Shown: positions 1 through 12,530, counted from the stretch's first letter. The stretch is DNA of 64,000 nucleotides from Felis catus (GCF_018350175.1 NC_058368.1:94180001-94244000), one strand, 5' to 3'. The notes: a model not told the origin generated them from the sequence alone. Made by a program: numbers and translations.

Positions 1-171
1 GCAAGAGTGACTCTCCTTCATTTGCTGGTGGGAGTGCAAAATGGTACGGCCACTTTGGAAGACAGTCAGGTAGGTGCTTACAAAAGTAAATATACTCTTT
101 TCATATGATCCAGTCATCATGCCCCTTGGTATTTGCCCAAAGGAGTCGAAAACATGTTCACACATGGACAT

Positions 172-393
172 GTTTTATTTATTTTTAAAAAATGTTTATT
201 TATTTTTGAGAGAGAGAGAGACAGAGCCTGAGTGGGGGAGGGGCAGAGAGAGAGGGAGACACAGAATCCGAAGCAGGCTCCAGGCTCCGTGCTGTCAGCA
301 CAGAGCTCAATGTGGGGCTCGAACTCACAAACCGTGAGATCATGACCTGAGCTGAAGTCGGACGCTTAACCGACTGAGCCACCCAGGCGCCCC
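172..393 (-). mobile_element. Can-SINE (feline type)
   Basis: Reverse complement of GGGGCGCCTGGGTGGCTCAGTCGGTTAAGCGTCCGAC head, (CT)n region and A-rich tail. Confidence 0.95.
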
Positions 394-625
394 TATAGCA
401 GCTTTACTAAGAACTGCTAGGACTTGTAAGCAACCAAGATGTTCTTCAGTGGTGAATGACAGATAAACTGTGTTACACCCAGACAATGGAATATTATTCA
501 GCGTGTAAAAGAAATGAGCTCTCAAGTCATGAGAAGACATAGAAAAAACTTAAATGTATATTACTAAAAGTGAAAGAAACCAATCTGAAAAGCCTATGTA
601 CTATAGGATTCCAGGTATCTGATAT

Positions 626-822
626 TCTTTTTATTATTGTTATTTTTTTTTTAGAGAGAGAGGCAGAGTGAGTGGGGAAGAGGGGCAGAGAGAGAGAATC
701 TTAAGCAGGCTCCATGCTCAGTACAGAGCCTGACACGGAGCCCGATCCCACCATCTGGGGATCATGACCTGAGCTGAAATCAAGAGTCAGATGCTCAACC
801 AACTGAGCCACCTTGGCGCTCC
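626..822 (-). mobile_element. Can-SINE
   Basis: tRNA-derived head plus CT-rich tail on minus strand, inside the L1M fragment. Confidence 0.9.
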
Positions 823-1225
823 TGTATGGCATTCTTGAAAAAGCAAAACTATGAAGACAGTAAAAAGGTAAATGATTGCCAGTGGTCGGGGTGGGGAGAG
901 GGATGAATAGGTCCAGCACAGAGGATTTTTAGGGTGCTGAATATACTTTGTATGATACTATGATGGATCTGTCTTCATACATTTGTCTAGACCCATAGAC
1001 TGTACAACATCAAGTTTACCAGTTGTAAACTATGAGCGTTGAATGAAAAATGGCATGTCAGTGTAGGTTCATCAGTGGTAACAAATGTACCATCCTGGTG
1101 GCAGATGTTGATAACAGGGAAGGCTAGGCAGGTGGGTGAAAGGGGGTTATGAGAAATCTCTGTAGCTCCTTTTCAACTTTGCCATGAACCTGAAACTGTT
1201 CTGAAACAATAAAGGTCTTCAAAAA

Positions 1226-1508
1226 TTTATGCTACGTGAAATAAGCCAAGCACAAAAGGCCACATATTTGATAATTCCAATTATATGAAGAGTCTAGAAT
1301 GGGAAAATCCATAGAGACATAAAATAGATTAGTGGTTGCTTAGGTCTTGGGGGGAATGAGGTAACTAAAGGGTTTGGGGTTTCTTTTGGGAATAATGAAA
1401 AAGTTCCAAAATGGACTGTGGTGATGGTTGCATATATCCGTGGATGAATCATAAGCTTTAAATTGGTGAACTATATGCTGTATGAATTGTGTCTAAATAA
1501 AGCTGTTA
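1226..1508 (+). mobile_element. Second old L1M 3' end
   Basis: ATGCTACGTGAAATAAGCCAAGCACAAAAGGCCACATAT...AGATTAGTGGTTGCTTAGG...AATAAAGCTGTT, typical L1MB/ME 3' end. Confidence 0.8.
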
Positions 1509-2613
1509 ATGAAAACTATATGTCCCCTTGCTGATTTCATTGCAATAAAATGTAAAATAAGATTACAATGTACATTCTCTTTTCTGTATGACTTAGGACT
1601 TGGTTACTCTTGAAGAAGACTAATTAAACTTTCAAAAATGTCTTGATGGTTTAATGGATCAGATAAGTTGATTCTTCCACAAAATATTTATGATCACAAA
1701 AATATAAACGTATGTGTCTGACTAAATTAAATTGTAATAAGTACTATCTTTTAAAAGGATCATGTCTTGTAAACACCAGACAATACTGCAATTCATTTTG
1801 AATGATTTCACTTTCTGCAAACTTTTAAAAGACCATCTGTTCAAATTTTAATACCAATAGCAATTCTATTACTCCACACTGTTTCAACTTGAATATTCTT
1901 TCCAAGATCCTTAGGGCTTGGACGAATATTAAATTAACTTATGGATAAACTTCAGTTGTCTGAAGTCTTTGGTTATCTGGATACTTCTAAAGAGAGTAAA
2001 AGTTAGAAAGACAGAAATTACAAAAGCAGTATAAACAAGTGATAGGTATTTTGTCTTGGTAAAGGTGTTTATTATGATGACAAATGTGATATCGTACATT
2101 CACAGTCTTATATAAATCAGTGACACAGTTAATATGTCTGAATGCCAAAATTTAAGCTTTAAAATCTTCATCTCATTTATATGGATTTGTGTATGTTTAA
2201 ACCCACTTGGAGAGTTATATTAGAAATGGGAAAACCAGGAATCTTGTGAATAATTAAGACGAAAATAGAATTAAGTGACGGGGAAATGGTCCTTGAATAT
2301 TCAGTCTGTTCTCTAAAAAAAAAAAGCAAAAAAAATGCTATGTCTTATTTGATGGCTTTTATGGAGAACAGACCTTCTTATCTCATAGACAGAGCACTTC
2401 CGGAGAGGCTCATAAATCTTTGTTGTTTCGTGCTGACTTCTTGGTTCACTTTTTGACTAAAATCTCTTATTTCTGGAAAAAAGGTTAAAATGTATCACTT
2501 GTTACTTACTGTTTGATTTACTCGTTCCTTCTGATTATTTGTGTGGCTAAAATTCCAGTAATTTTTTTGTCTTAAATACCTATAATGTATATACTAATGC
2601 TATACAATGTTTC

Positions 2614-2786
2614 TTTTTTTTTTTTTTTAAGTTTATTGTGAGAGAGAGCATGTGCATGAGAGAGGGGCAGAGAGAGAATCCGCGCTGACAGTGCAGAGCC
2701 TGATATGGGGCTCGAACTCACAAACTGTGAGATCATGACCTAAGTGGAAATGAAGAGTCAGATGCTTGACCGACATAGGTGTTCCC
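2614..2786 (-). mobile_element. Can-SINE
   Basis: SINE body flanked by AATGTTTCTT TSD. Confidence 0.9.
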
Positions 2787-3328
2787 TAAAATGTTTCTTG
2801 ATAGTTATTCTGGATATTGAATTTCTCAAATCTAGGCTCCAATTATGCATAATGAAAATGTTAAGGCATTATTTTGTCTAAGGGTGTTATTTTGTCTTTC
2901 GGGGCAAAGAGAACTACACTGTGCTAACTCACAGCATCTGAGGTCCCGTATTCTGACTTTGGAATAGATATATGTCATTTAGTTAAGGAACAAAGCGCTT
3001 TATTAAAAAAAAACAGATCTTGGTCTGGTCCTGAATAAAGATGCTATTTTGTCTATTTTGGGGGTTTCTCAGGAGGCTTCTAGGACATGCCAAATATTTG
3101 TTCCAGGAATTTATAAAATGCATGTTACTATAAATGATTAAGAATATGTGTTATATGTGAATATGTGGAGCGTGCACAGATATATTGGTAATTAGCTCTA
3201 CATGACAGTGAGAGCCATCCTGTTGCCAATTTCACATTATGACACAAAGAAATGCTCTCAAGTAAAAAGCACATTACCTCTATAGATTAATTATATGCAA
3301 GTAAAATATTATGGATATAAATATATTC

Positions 3329-3537
3329 TTTTAAAAAAATGTTTACTGATTTATTTTGAGAGAGAGTGAGAGAGCGTGTGTGCACGTGGGAGAGGGGCAG
3401 AGAGAGAGAATTTCAAGCAGGCTCCTTGCTGTCAGTGCAGAGCTGGATGTGGGGCTCGATCCCACCAACTGTGAGATCATGACCTGAGCTGAAACCAGGA
3501 GCTGGATGCTTAACAGACTGAGCCACCCAGGGACCCT
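3329..3537 (-). mobile_element. Can-SINE
   Basis: SINE body; TSD AT(A/G)TAAATATATT. Confidence 0.92.
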
Positions 3538-4224
3538 GAATGTAAATATATTTGTATTTTCAGGAGACCTATAGTCATATATATTAAAAGAAATTCCACT
3601 TTTTTCATTCTAATGATTCTGGAGAATATTAATATATTCTATACTATTAATTAATAGTTGATAATAGTAGCTATTGCCCGGAGCCATTCAGTTGTGTCAT
3701 CAATAAATAGTTCCTGCTTTTCCGTTCTCGTTGCCTAAAATCTCCTGCTACAAACCATGGATCAGAGATTCTAGGCAAAACTTCAAGAGATCTTCAGGAA
3801 AGAACTCTTGGCTATTTGAGTCCACAGGAAAAGAGTCATGGATCCAGACTTGCACAAAAAAGCTGGCTTCATTGTAACAAAGATACACCTGTCAGACTTC
3901 ACAAAGACTGACCTACAACTTCCATAACCATCAACCAGAAGCACTCAACCTCATAGAAGTAGGCTCTTGAACTAAGATTACCACACAAGATTTAATCACC
4001 TAGGGCTAAAACAACCTATTTCATTATGATTGATATTTTATTTATAATAAGCACATTCAAATTCAGTTTTTTTCTTCTTAATAACACATTAATAGCCTTA
4101 GGAAGCATTTCCTACAAATCCTATCACTAATGATTGGTGAGATGTTTTCCACTACCACTCTTTGAGCTAATATGAATAGGAACTCAATCAGTGAAATTTA
4201 TTAAGTGCCTCTTTGCAAGTGATA

Positions 4225-4452
4225 TTTTTCTTTTCCTTTAAAAATTTTTTTAATTTTATTTTTTGAGAGAAAGACACACACAGAGCACAAGCGGGGAGGT
4301 GGCAGAGAGAGAGGGATACACAGAATTTGAAGCAGGCTCCAGGCTCTGAGCTGTCAGCACAGAGTCTGATATGGGGCTTGAACCCATGAACTGTGAGATC
4401 ATGACCTGAGCAGAAGTTGGACGCTTAACTGACTGAGCCACCCAGGTGCCCC
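4225..4452 (-). mobile_element. Can-SINE
   Basis: Complete head, CT region and tail on minus strand. Confidence 0.92.
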
Positions 4453-4478
4453 TGTTCTGCTCGTTTAAACAAGGAAAC

Positions 4479-4908
4479 TATGATTGTTAATTTTACGTGT
4501 ACAATTGGCTAAGCTATAGTACCCATTTATTCAAACAGTAATCTACGTGCTGCTATGAAGATATTTTGAACATGTGATTACTATCTACAATCACTTGACT
4601 TTGAGTAAAGGAAATTATGCTTGATAGTATGATAGGCCTCATTTAATCAGTTGAAGATCTTAAGAGCAAAATCTGAGGTTTCCCAGGAAGAAGAAATTCT
4701 GCCTCGAGACTGCAGTATCAGCTCCTGTCTGAGTTACAAGCAGGTCTGGCTGCCCTGCAAATTCTAGACTTGCCAGTCCCCCTAATCATGTGAGCCAATT
4801 TCTTAAAATGAATTTCTTTGTATCCATATCTATCTTCTTTCCATCCATCCATCCATCCAACCATCCATTCTATTGGTTTTATTTCTCTGGAAAACCCCGA
4901 CTGATCCA
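4479..4908 (+). mobile_element. ERVL solo LTR (MLT2C/D-like)
   Basis: TATGATTGTTAATTTTACGTGTACAATTGGCTAAGCTATAGTACCC start, AATCAGTTGAAG..TTAAGAGCAAAA, CCTAATCATGTGAGCCAATTTCTTAAAAT, end TCTCTGGAAAACCCCGACTGATCCA. Confidence 0.85.
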
Positions 4909-5414
4909 AGAATGGATTTGTATAGACGTTAGCTAAAATTAGAAGTACTGTCCATGCCTGGAGAAAAGAGGTTTTCTCTACGGAAATCTGACTAAAGCCA
5001 TTTAAAAATCAAATCTATTAACTTGATCCCATAGGACCACCATGTTGTACAATAAGGACCCAAAGTGATAAGCCTACACCAAGGCCTTTTTCAAAAATAA
5101 ATAAATAAATAAAGCTTTTTGTTCTTTAAATAAATTGTATGTATATATTGGTTTCAAGGTCAGAATATGAGATCTCAAAACGCCTTGAGTTAGCACAGTG
5201 GAGCTCTCTTTGCCCCAAATGTTCAGCTTAATTGCCGACCAGACATCTTATCCAGTGAGAGATGAGGCTGTCTGATGTATCACCTGCCAAGGAGTGAACC
5301 TTATTTTCCATATCAGACCCTTCTTCCAATATTGAATGCTCCAGAGAAACAAGGATTCCAAAGTCAGCAAGACAGTATAGAAAAAATGCATTTGTTTTAA
5401 AAAGCATAACCATA

Positions 5415-5628
5415 TGGAGCGCCTGGGTGGCTCAGTTGGTTATGCAGCTGACTTCAGCTCAGGTCATGGTCTCACCGTCCGTGAGTTTGAGCTCCACGTT
5501 GGGCTCTCTGCTGACAGCTCAGAGCCTGGAGCCTGCTTCGGATTCTGTGTTTCCCTCTCTCTTGGCCCCTCCCCCGTTCACACTCTGTCTCTCTCTTTCT
5601 CAAAAATTACACATTAAAAAATTTAAAA
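5415..5628 (+). mobile_element. Can-SINE
   Basis: GGAGCGCCTGGGTGGCTCAG head; TSD-like AAAA(G/T)CATAAC. Confidence 0.93.
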
Positions 5629-6010
5629 TCATAACTGTACATGACCACAATACAAGTTTGTCTTCTTCAGGAGACCACATTTATTTTTGCTGCAACCACC
5701 AACCCCCGTTAAAATGCTATTTCCTCTGTTCTCAGTGGAAGAAGCTTTTTCAAATTCATATTCATGTGTATTCAAAGCCTTCATATAAAAAAATATCTAG
5801 AAACCTTTTCTCACAACAGTGCTGTGCAGTTAGTTAATTCCACGAAATACACAAAAGAAAGGGAGCAATGGGAGTTTCAATGACTTACCCAGTTTCAAAG
5901 GATTTCTACCTCTCAGAGCTCCTCTCAGTACCCCAGTGGAACAAGACTTCATTTCTAGCCTGTTGCTTTCTTTCTCTTGTTATTTGCATTTAACACACTT
6001 ATGTTCAATG

Positions 6011-6200
6011 GGGCACCTGGCTGGGCTCTGTTGGTTGAGACTCCGACTTTGGCTCAGCTCGTTTTCTCACGGTTTGTGAGTTTGAGCCCCACGTGGGGCT
6101 CTCTGCTGTCAGCGCAGAGCCCGCTTTCCAATCCTCTGTCTCCCTCTCTCTTCCCCTCTCTCCTTCTCTCTCTCAAAAATAAATAGACATAAAAAAAATA
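6011..6200 (+). mobile_element. Can-SINE
   Basis: Head, CT region and tail; TSD ATGTTCAA. Confidence 0.9.
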
Positions 6201-6296
6201 CAAATGTTCAAGCAGTGAAGAAAAGTTTAGAAGACAATTAGCATGTTCATTTGCTAATGTGCCTCCCATCGAGTCATTTCCAGATCTGTATAAGCA

Positions 6297-6489
6297 TTTT
6301 TTTAAGTTTATTTATTCAGTTTGAGAGAGATAGAAACAGCACCAGTGGGGAACAGGCAGAGAGAGGGAGAGAGAGAGAATCTGTTGGTGCAGAGCCCAAT
6401 GTGGGGCTGGAACTCACAAATTGTGAGAACATGACCTGAGCCGAAACCAAGAGTCAGACGCTTAACCGACTGAGCCACCCAGGTGCCCC
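6297..6489 (-). mobile_element. Can-SINE
   Basis: Minus-strand SINE; TSD-like ATCTGTAT(A/G)A.CATTTT. Confidence 0.92.
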
Positions 6490-6899
6490 AATCTGTATGA
6501 ACATTTTGAAACAAAAATCAGAGAAATGGCTTCTCTGCTTTACCATTCCCTAGGTTTTGATGCCTTGAACATCAACCACAGAAGTTTCTCTATTTAGAAC
6601 ATACTTTATCCTTTCCAAGGTATACAAATGCTACATTACATTCTACATCCTATCATAAGAAAAAAATCACTAAATCAAATACATGAATAAAAGCATGAAT
6701 AAAAGCAAGTTGCCAACAATATTTATGTTAATATATAATGGATATGTTGGTATGTGTATTTTTTTTAAGTAGGAAAAAATCTGGAAGAATACAGAAGAGT
6801 TATCAGTGGTTATCTCAAAGGAAGGTGCTAAAATTAAGGTTTAGGGTAAAAGAGAATTTCTTTTTCAATTCTACATCAAAAACAGTTGGGAGATAACTA

Positions 6900-7200
6900 A
6901 TTAATACTCTTCAAAAGAGTCAAGGTCACATGAAGGGTAAGGAAAGACCAAAATACTGTTCCAGATTGAGGGAGAGATAGGAGCAGTGGTAACTGAAGGA
7001 ACCATGGTATTCTAGATTGAATCCTGAAACAGAAAAGACTTTAGTACAGTCTGTAGTTTAATTAATAGTATTGCAGTAAGGTTTATTTCTTAGTCGTGAT
7101 TGAGTGCATCATGGTCATGTAAGATGTTTGAAGCCAGATGAAGGATAGAGGGGAATTCTCTGCAACTCTTATGTAAATACAAACTTATTTCAATTAAAGA
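6900..7200 (+). mobile_element. Old L1M 3' fragment
   Basis: CTGTTCCAGATTGAGGGAGA...CTAGATTGAATCCTGAAACAGAAAA...GGGAATTCTCTGCAACT..TGTAAAT. Confidence 0.7.
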
Positions 7201-7227
7201 CTTTCGTTCAAAAGGGAAAAGGGAGAG

Positions 7228-7425
7228 GGTGGCCTGGGTGGCTCTGTCAGTTAGCCTCCAGCTTTGGCTCAGGTCATGATCTCACTGTTCGTGAGTTCGA
7301 TCCCAGTGTCAGGCTCTGTGCTGCCAGCCTGCTTTGGATTCTGTGTGTGTCTCTCTCTCTCTGCCCCTCCCCTGCTCACAGTCTGTCTCTCTCTCTTTCA
7401 AAAATAAATAAACACTTAAAAAAGT
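7228..7425 (+). mobile_element. Can-SINE
   Basis: Head, CT region and tail; flanked by AAGGGAAAAGGG repeats. Confidence 0.9.
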
Positions 7426-7694
7426 GTCTTCTTTAAGGGAAAAGGGGGAGGTCGTAAAAATCCACACCTTCCGAATCCCACCTCATACTTAATGAATCAG
7501 ATCAAGCATGGAAGTCTGCACATTGAATATGCTCCTGGGTAATCGTGTTGCATGCCAGAGTTTTGAGAACCCCTGTTCCGTGTATTTTGAAAATTGTTTT
7601 AAACATTGAGAACCACATTTGAAAAAAAAACCTCACAAGAACGTATTTATGCATTACTTGTATAACTAACAAGAATAGTAGAACAACATAAGTG

Positions 7695-8242
7695 AGTGGT
7701 TCTCAATATTGGCTGTAAGAGTCACCTGAGGAGGGGGCGCCTGGCTGGCTCAGTTGGTCGAGCATGTGACTGATGATCTTGGGGTCATGAGTTCAAGCCC
7801 CATATGAAGTGTGGAGCCTACTTAAAAAAAAAAAGGCCAAGAATCACCTGAGGGGTTTAAAAACAACAACAACAACAACACCCCAATGAACAGGGCAGAC
7901 CCCAAATCAATCATGTCAGAATCTCTGGGATGGGACCCAGGCATGAGTAGTGTTAAACGTTCTCCAGGTGATTCTTTTTTATGTTTATTTGTTCATTTTT
8001 GAGAGAGAAAGAGGGAGAGGAAGAGCATGGAAAGGGGAGGGGCAGAGAGAGAGGGACACAGAGAATCCCAAGCAGGCTTTGCTCTGTCAATCAATGCAGA
8101 GCTCGAGGTGGGGCACAATCTCAGGACTGCGCGATCATGACCTGAGAAGCTGCAACCAAGAGTCAGAGGCTTAATGACTAAGCCACCCAGGCGCCCCTCC
8201 CTAGGAGATTCTAATATGAAGTCAAGAGTAATAACCACTGAC
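7695..8242. mobile_element. MER5-type hAT-Charlie fossil interrupted by a short + SINE (7733-7834) and a - SINE (7975-8197)
   Basis: AGTGGTTCTCAA...ATCACCTGAGG...CAGAATCTCTGGGATGGGACCCAGGCAT...CAGGTGATTCT / GATTCTAATATG..TCAAGAGTAATAACCACTG. Confidence 0.75.
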
Positions 8243-9234
8243 TTAAACATTCAAATCCAAACAAAGGACAAAGGCAAGAAGAAAATATAGCCCACATAGT
8301 TGGCAGACCTTATCTTAAACAAATGGGAGATACTTTTTTTTTTTTTTTACTTCTTACTGCACTTAAAAAAAAAAAAATAAACTTCCCCAATTCTCAGTTT
8401 CTTGTGCATTACTTTATATTCAGAAAAAGATTTTTAAAAAGAATGATTCCTTGTTCATAACAAAAAGAAAGTTCTCTCAGTTTCCATAAAGGCTTCCATT
8501 CTGTTGAGGCCAAGGACAAAGCACTAACGAGTCTTCTAAAGATTGGTTGGTGGAGGCATCTGCTTGGTAATTCTAGAAGGACAAAATTGCCCAACCCACC
8601 TATTTACACGACTGTAGCAGAAATACTCATGAATTAACTTAATCCAACACCCAGCCGGGTGACTGGACCAAGAGTTGGCATCTGACTCAAGGTAGCTTTG
8701 AGAAAACCTCCCTGGGATTTTTGGCATATGAGAGAAAATATAGCTAATCTCTCTTTGGGAGCCTGAACCATCAGATATTAAACTTGCTGAAATAAAGTGA
8801 GTACTTTGCTTTTTGCCAGTTACTGCTAAGTACAATAATACATCCATGTTCCCTTTGGCGTATGAAGATCAGAGAATTATGAAGTATGTATCCCATAAAT
8901 TCATTGTCAACAGAGATTCCCTTCTGGGCAAGAGAGTAGAAATGGAGGCTGAGGAGAATAAATTTCTTTCTTTTTTTTTCTTATTTTGTATATGTATTTC
9001 AACGTTTTTTAGAAAATTTTCAAAAACATAGGATCAGTTTGCTGCTGAAATAATTAAAACTCCATGAGCGTCAGTGACTTTGATCATTATACTTCCTGGA
9101 ATTCTGTTGGAAGCTTTGAAATGTTCCCCACAAAAAGACAACGGCCTTCATTTGTTACAGAAATCCTTTTCTTGAAATCATTACAACTTAGAGTTGATGA
9201 AAAGAAGCTCAGAGGGAGAAGAGACATTAAAGTT

Positions 9235-9340
9235 GGGGTGTTTTACATCTGGCTGGCTCTGCTGGAAGAGCATGTGACCTTGATCTCAGGGTCGTGAGTT
9301 CGAGTTCCACACTGGGTATAGAGATTACTAAAAAAAATAA
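9235..9340 (+). mobile_element. Short (older) Can-SINE
   Basis: CTGGCTGGCTCT..GAAGAGCATGTGACCTTGATCTCAGGGTCGTGAGTTCGAG...GAGATTACTAAAAA. Confidence 0.8.
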
Positions 9341-9389
9341 GAAAGAGAGAAAGAGAGAGAGAGAGAGGGAGAGAGAAAGAAGGAAAGAA

Positions 9390-9437
<48 letters not shown>

Positions 9438-9485
9438 GAAGGGAAGGGAAGGGAAAGGAAGGGAAGGGAAGGGAAGGGAAGGAAG
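9340..9485 (+). repeat. Compound (GA)n/(GGGAA)n microsatellite
   Basis: Pure purine run seen directly, extending from the SINE tail. Confidence 0.97.
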
Positions 9486-9499
9486 TCGGGATGCTTTAG

Positions 9500-10345
9500 G
9501 GAGATTTTCTCATTCTGTGGTCCAATGACTCCCAAGGATATATACAGACAGAATTCACGGAGTCCATAAACCTGGATGGGAATAACTGTCCCTTTATTTT
9601 CACTAACACCTATCTGAAATTAGAATCTCCTTCAGTTAAGAGTGTAGACAGCAAACCACAGTACTAGACAAGAGAGTCTGTATCTCCAGTGGGAATCACG
9701 GATCTATTCATACCCATTACACTTGTTGCAGTATCTCAAAATACTATTACTGTCCGTCGCTACTTCAAAATTAGAGCAGGTCATGGGCCTGCTAGACTGT
9801 AATTAATAAATTAATAAAGAAGCATGTATTATCATATTACAAATTTGACTTAATATTTGAGTATCTATTTATTAGTGATTGTTTTTATTTGTAACTTTCT
9901 GGGTGGTGTTTTTAATGCATTTAAAACATTATTCTTGTTTGTTTGACTATAGCTGACACACAATGTGACATGAGTTTCAGGTGTACAACATTGCAACTGG
10001 ACGTTATGCTGTGCTCACCACAAGCGTAGCCACCACCTGTCACCATTCAACGTTATCACAATACCATTGACCATATTCCCTGCGCTGTGCCTTTAATTCC
10101 CATGACTTATTCATTCCATAACTGGAAGCCTGTATCTCATACTCCCCTTCACTTATTTTGCCCATTCCCTGACCTCCCGTCCCCCCATCTCTCCTTCCCT
10201 CTGGAAACCATCAGTTTATTCTCTGAATGCATGGGTCTATTTCTCCTTTTCATTTGTTTGTTACAACAGTATTCCTAAAAGGGGTGTGTAGGCATCACCA
10301 GATGTCCAGAGAGGTTCATGGCACAAAATAAGCTAAGAAGCCCTG
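9500..10345 (+). mobile_element. hAT-Charlie fossil (Charlie4a/4z-like), split by an L1 fragment
   Basis: ATGCATTTAAAACATTATTC[insert]TTCCTAAAAGGGGTGTGTAGGCATCACCAGATGTCCAGAGAGGTTCATGGCACAAAATAAGCTAAGAAGCCCTG matches the recalled Charlie4 3' end; related copy at ~26070-26522. Confidence 0.75.
9937..10262 (-). mobile_element. Truncated L1 3' end (carnivore/L1MA type)
   Basis: AGCTGACACACAATGTGACATGAGTTTCAGGTGTACAACAT...CCCTCTGGAAACCATCAGTTTATTCTCTG. Confidence 0.8.
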
Positions 10346-11234
10346 CCTTAGAGCAAAACGAAACTAAACAATCATTTAACAAATAAAAGCAATAATGGTC
10401 TTTTAGTCTCACTAAAAGAAAAGAGATGCACATCAAACAAATCTTTTTCATTTTGCAGAGACCTGGAACAAAGGTCGACCTGGAACAGTTGTCTGGAGAT
10501 ACACCATCTTCATAAAGCTCTGGAAAGATCTCTGGTTTAGAAAGGGGACCTAAGGGAAAACCAATTTCAACAACAAGGCTGGTATTTTTCCTTTTAATCC
10601 AGCAAGCACTATTGGACAAATTTTTGATTTATGATGCTTCTGTTCTTTCAAACCATGGAGAGGATGCTTTGCAATTCCAGTTGGATTTTTCCAAACAATG
10701 GACTCAAACCCCATCTTATCTTTCTGAATCTTAAAAAGGGGAACCAGGATCCACACGGCCAAAGTGATGTGACAGGTGCAAGTACTCAGTTTGGGAGTTC
10801 AAGCAAGATCATTGCCTGGAATCACCGTGTTGAGGTTTATGGCCACGTCACAGCTCACACGAAAGATCTGTAGAGGGACGTTAGAGGGCCCAGTAGTAAG
10901 TCATTAGCACCTGTGTGTCAGTACATCTCTTTGGCTTGAAAGAGTTCATGGAAGGATGGCAGCGAGGGAAATCAAGGACAACAGAATTTGGGGAGAGGAT
11001 ATTGGAGGAGGCAGGTGGGGAGAAGCGGCAATATCATGTGATGCCCTCGGTGTCCCCAGAGCACATTGTGCAATCGCTTTGCCTGCCCCTCGAGTAGGAC
11101 ACATGGTCTGTTCTTATGCTGAGTTGCACAATGAGAGATTGCAACACTTTGTTTTTACCTTCTCCAGGAGGACGCTGTGTATGATGGCAAGGGCCCCAGG
11201 CCCCACCAAAGACTCTCAGAGTGTGCCTTGTGGA

Positions 11235-11387
11235 CAGGAAGCACCATCTGGGAAACTTAGAAATTCAGATTCTCAGACCCAAACCTAGATCTACTGAATT
11301 GGACTCTCTGGGCTGGGGGCCCAGACGTCTGTATTTTAATAAGGCTTCCAGGTGATTTTTAGACACACCAAGCTTTGGGAAGCCCTG
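11235..11387. mobile_element. MER5A-like hAT fossil
   Basis: CATCTGGGAAACTTAGAAATTCAGATTCTCAGACCC...CTGTATTTTAATAAG..TCCAGGTGATT...TTTGGGAAGCCCTG. Confidence 0.75.
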
Positions 11388-11872
11388 GCCTAGGCAAGAA
11401 GATGCTGCTGCATCACCTGGAAGCAGCAGTGTGATGTGGGTGTTTACTAAGTGGCCGCAGCTCTACAACCAAGGGCACCAAAGCCATGTTCTCACTGGAC
11501 ACAGGCCAAGGGGGGAAAATCCATTCGTTTTTCTTGAGCTGGCCCATACTACATTCATGCCAATGAGTTTGCAAAACATGACACACCCCCACTGTGACTA
11601 ACTGTTTTGAAACTGTGGGCAGGAGGAAAGGTTGAGCAGTTCAGAGAATTAAGGCAGAACAAGTTGTTTGCAAAGTCTGAAACCTTTTTCTGCTCATTCA
11701 ACTGGCTTCCTATAATATGTTGAGAGTCGGGACTGGCTATCACTCATGCTTTTATGACCAGCAACTGGCTCAGGGCCTCGTTGGCTAAAGCTGCTCAGTG
11801 ATTGCTTGAAAAATGAATAAGTGAGCGAATGAATGAATAAATGGAATTAAATGGACTTTTTGTCTTTACCTT

Positions 11873-12116
11873 TGTGCGTTAGTGTTATATTGCCCCCAAA
11901 ACAAATTACCACTAATTTAGTGGCTCAAACAACAAAATGCATTATCTTACATTTCTCCATGTCAGAAGCCCAGCATGGGCCTCACTGGGCTGAAATCAAG
12001 GAGTCAATAGGACCACATTTCTTTCTGGAGCCTCCAGGGGACAATTCGTTCCCTGGATCCTGCGGGTTGTTGGCAGAATTCAGTTATTTCTGGTTGTGGG
12101 ACCATGCCCCCGTTTC

Positions 12117-12147
<31 letters not shown>

Positions 12148-12498
12148 TCAGTTGAGGCCTCACCGAGGTTCTAGACGCAGCCTGGATTCCTTGGCTCATG
12201 GCTTCCTTCCTCCAGCTTCAAGCCAGCAATAGGGGGCCGAGTGCCTCTCAGGCACTGAATCTCTCCTCCTTATTCCACCACATCCTTCTGACTGACTCTT
12301 CTGCCTTCTTCTTCCGCTTTTAAGAACTTATATGGGTAGATGGGTATTACTCAGATAAACCAGGATAATTTCCCCATATCAAGGCTTATAATCTTCATCA
12401 CATCTGCAAAATCCCTTCTCCCATGTTAGGTAACATACTTACAAATTCTAGAAATTAGGACATGTGCAGTTTTGGTGGACCATTATTCTGCCTACCAC
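11873..12498 (-). mobile_element. MaLR LTR (MLT1D/E-like)
   Basis: AACAAATTACCAC..TTAGTGGCTCAAACAAC...CTCACTGGGCTGAAATCAAGG...CACATCTGCAAAATCCCTT...CCATTATTCTGCCTACCACA; internal (GGCT)n at ~12115-12146. Confidence 0.85.
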
Positions 12499-12530
12499 AC
12501 TTTATTGGAAAACATATATTAAATGCATCT

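Larger units (their letters stand above)
1..1215 (+). mobile_element. Old L1M (L1MC-like) 3' fragment, interrupted by two SINEs
   Basis: Decayed L1 ORF2 C-terminal and 3'UTR motifs (GCTGGTGGGAGTGCAAAATGGTAC..CACTTTGGAAGACAG; CAACCAAGATGTTCTTCAGT); AATAAA at 1208-1213. Confidence 0.8.
1520..5400 (+). mobile_element. Probable decayed non-autonomous ERV1 internal region (MER4/MER34-group-like), interrupted by SINEs and an MLT2 LTR
   Basis: AT-rich non-coding tract; segments ~3060-3200 and ~3680-3830 resemble recalled MER34/MER57-type internal consensus; no intact ORFs; boundaries uncertain. Confidence 0.45.

Noticed and set aside
200..382. Recurring 60-130 aa ORFs like MAQSVKRPTSAQVMIS...EPASDSVSPSLSAPP throughout the window
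   Set aside because: These are read-throughs of Can-SINEs, mostly from GTG starts; their repetition reflects SINE copies, not a peptide gene family
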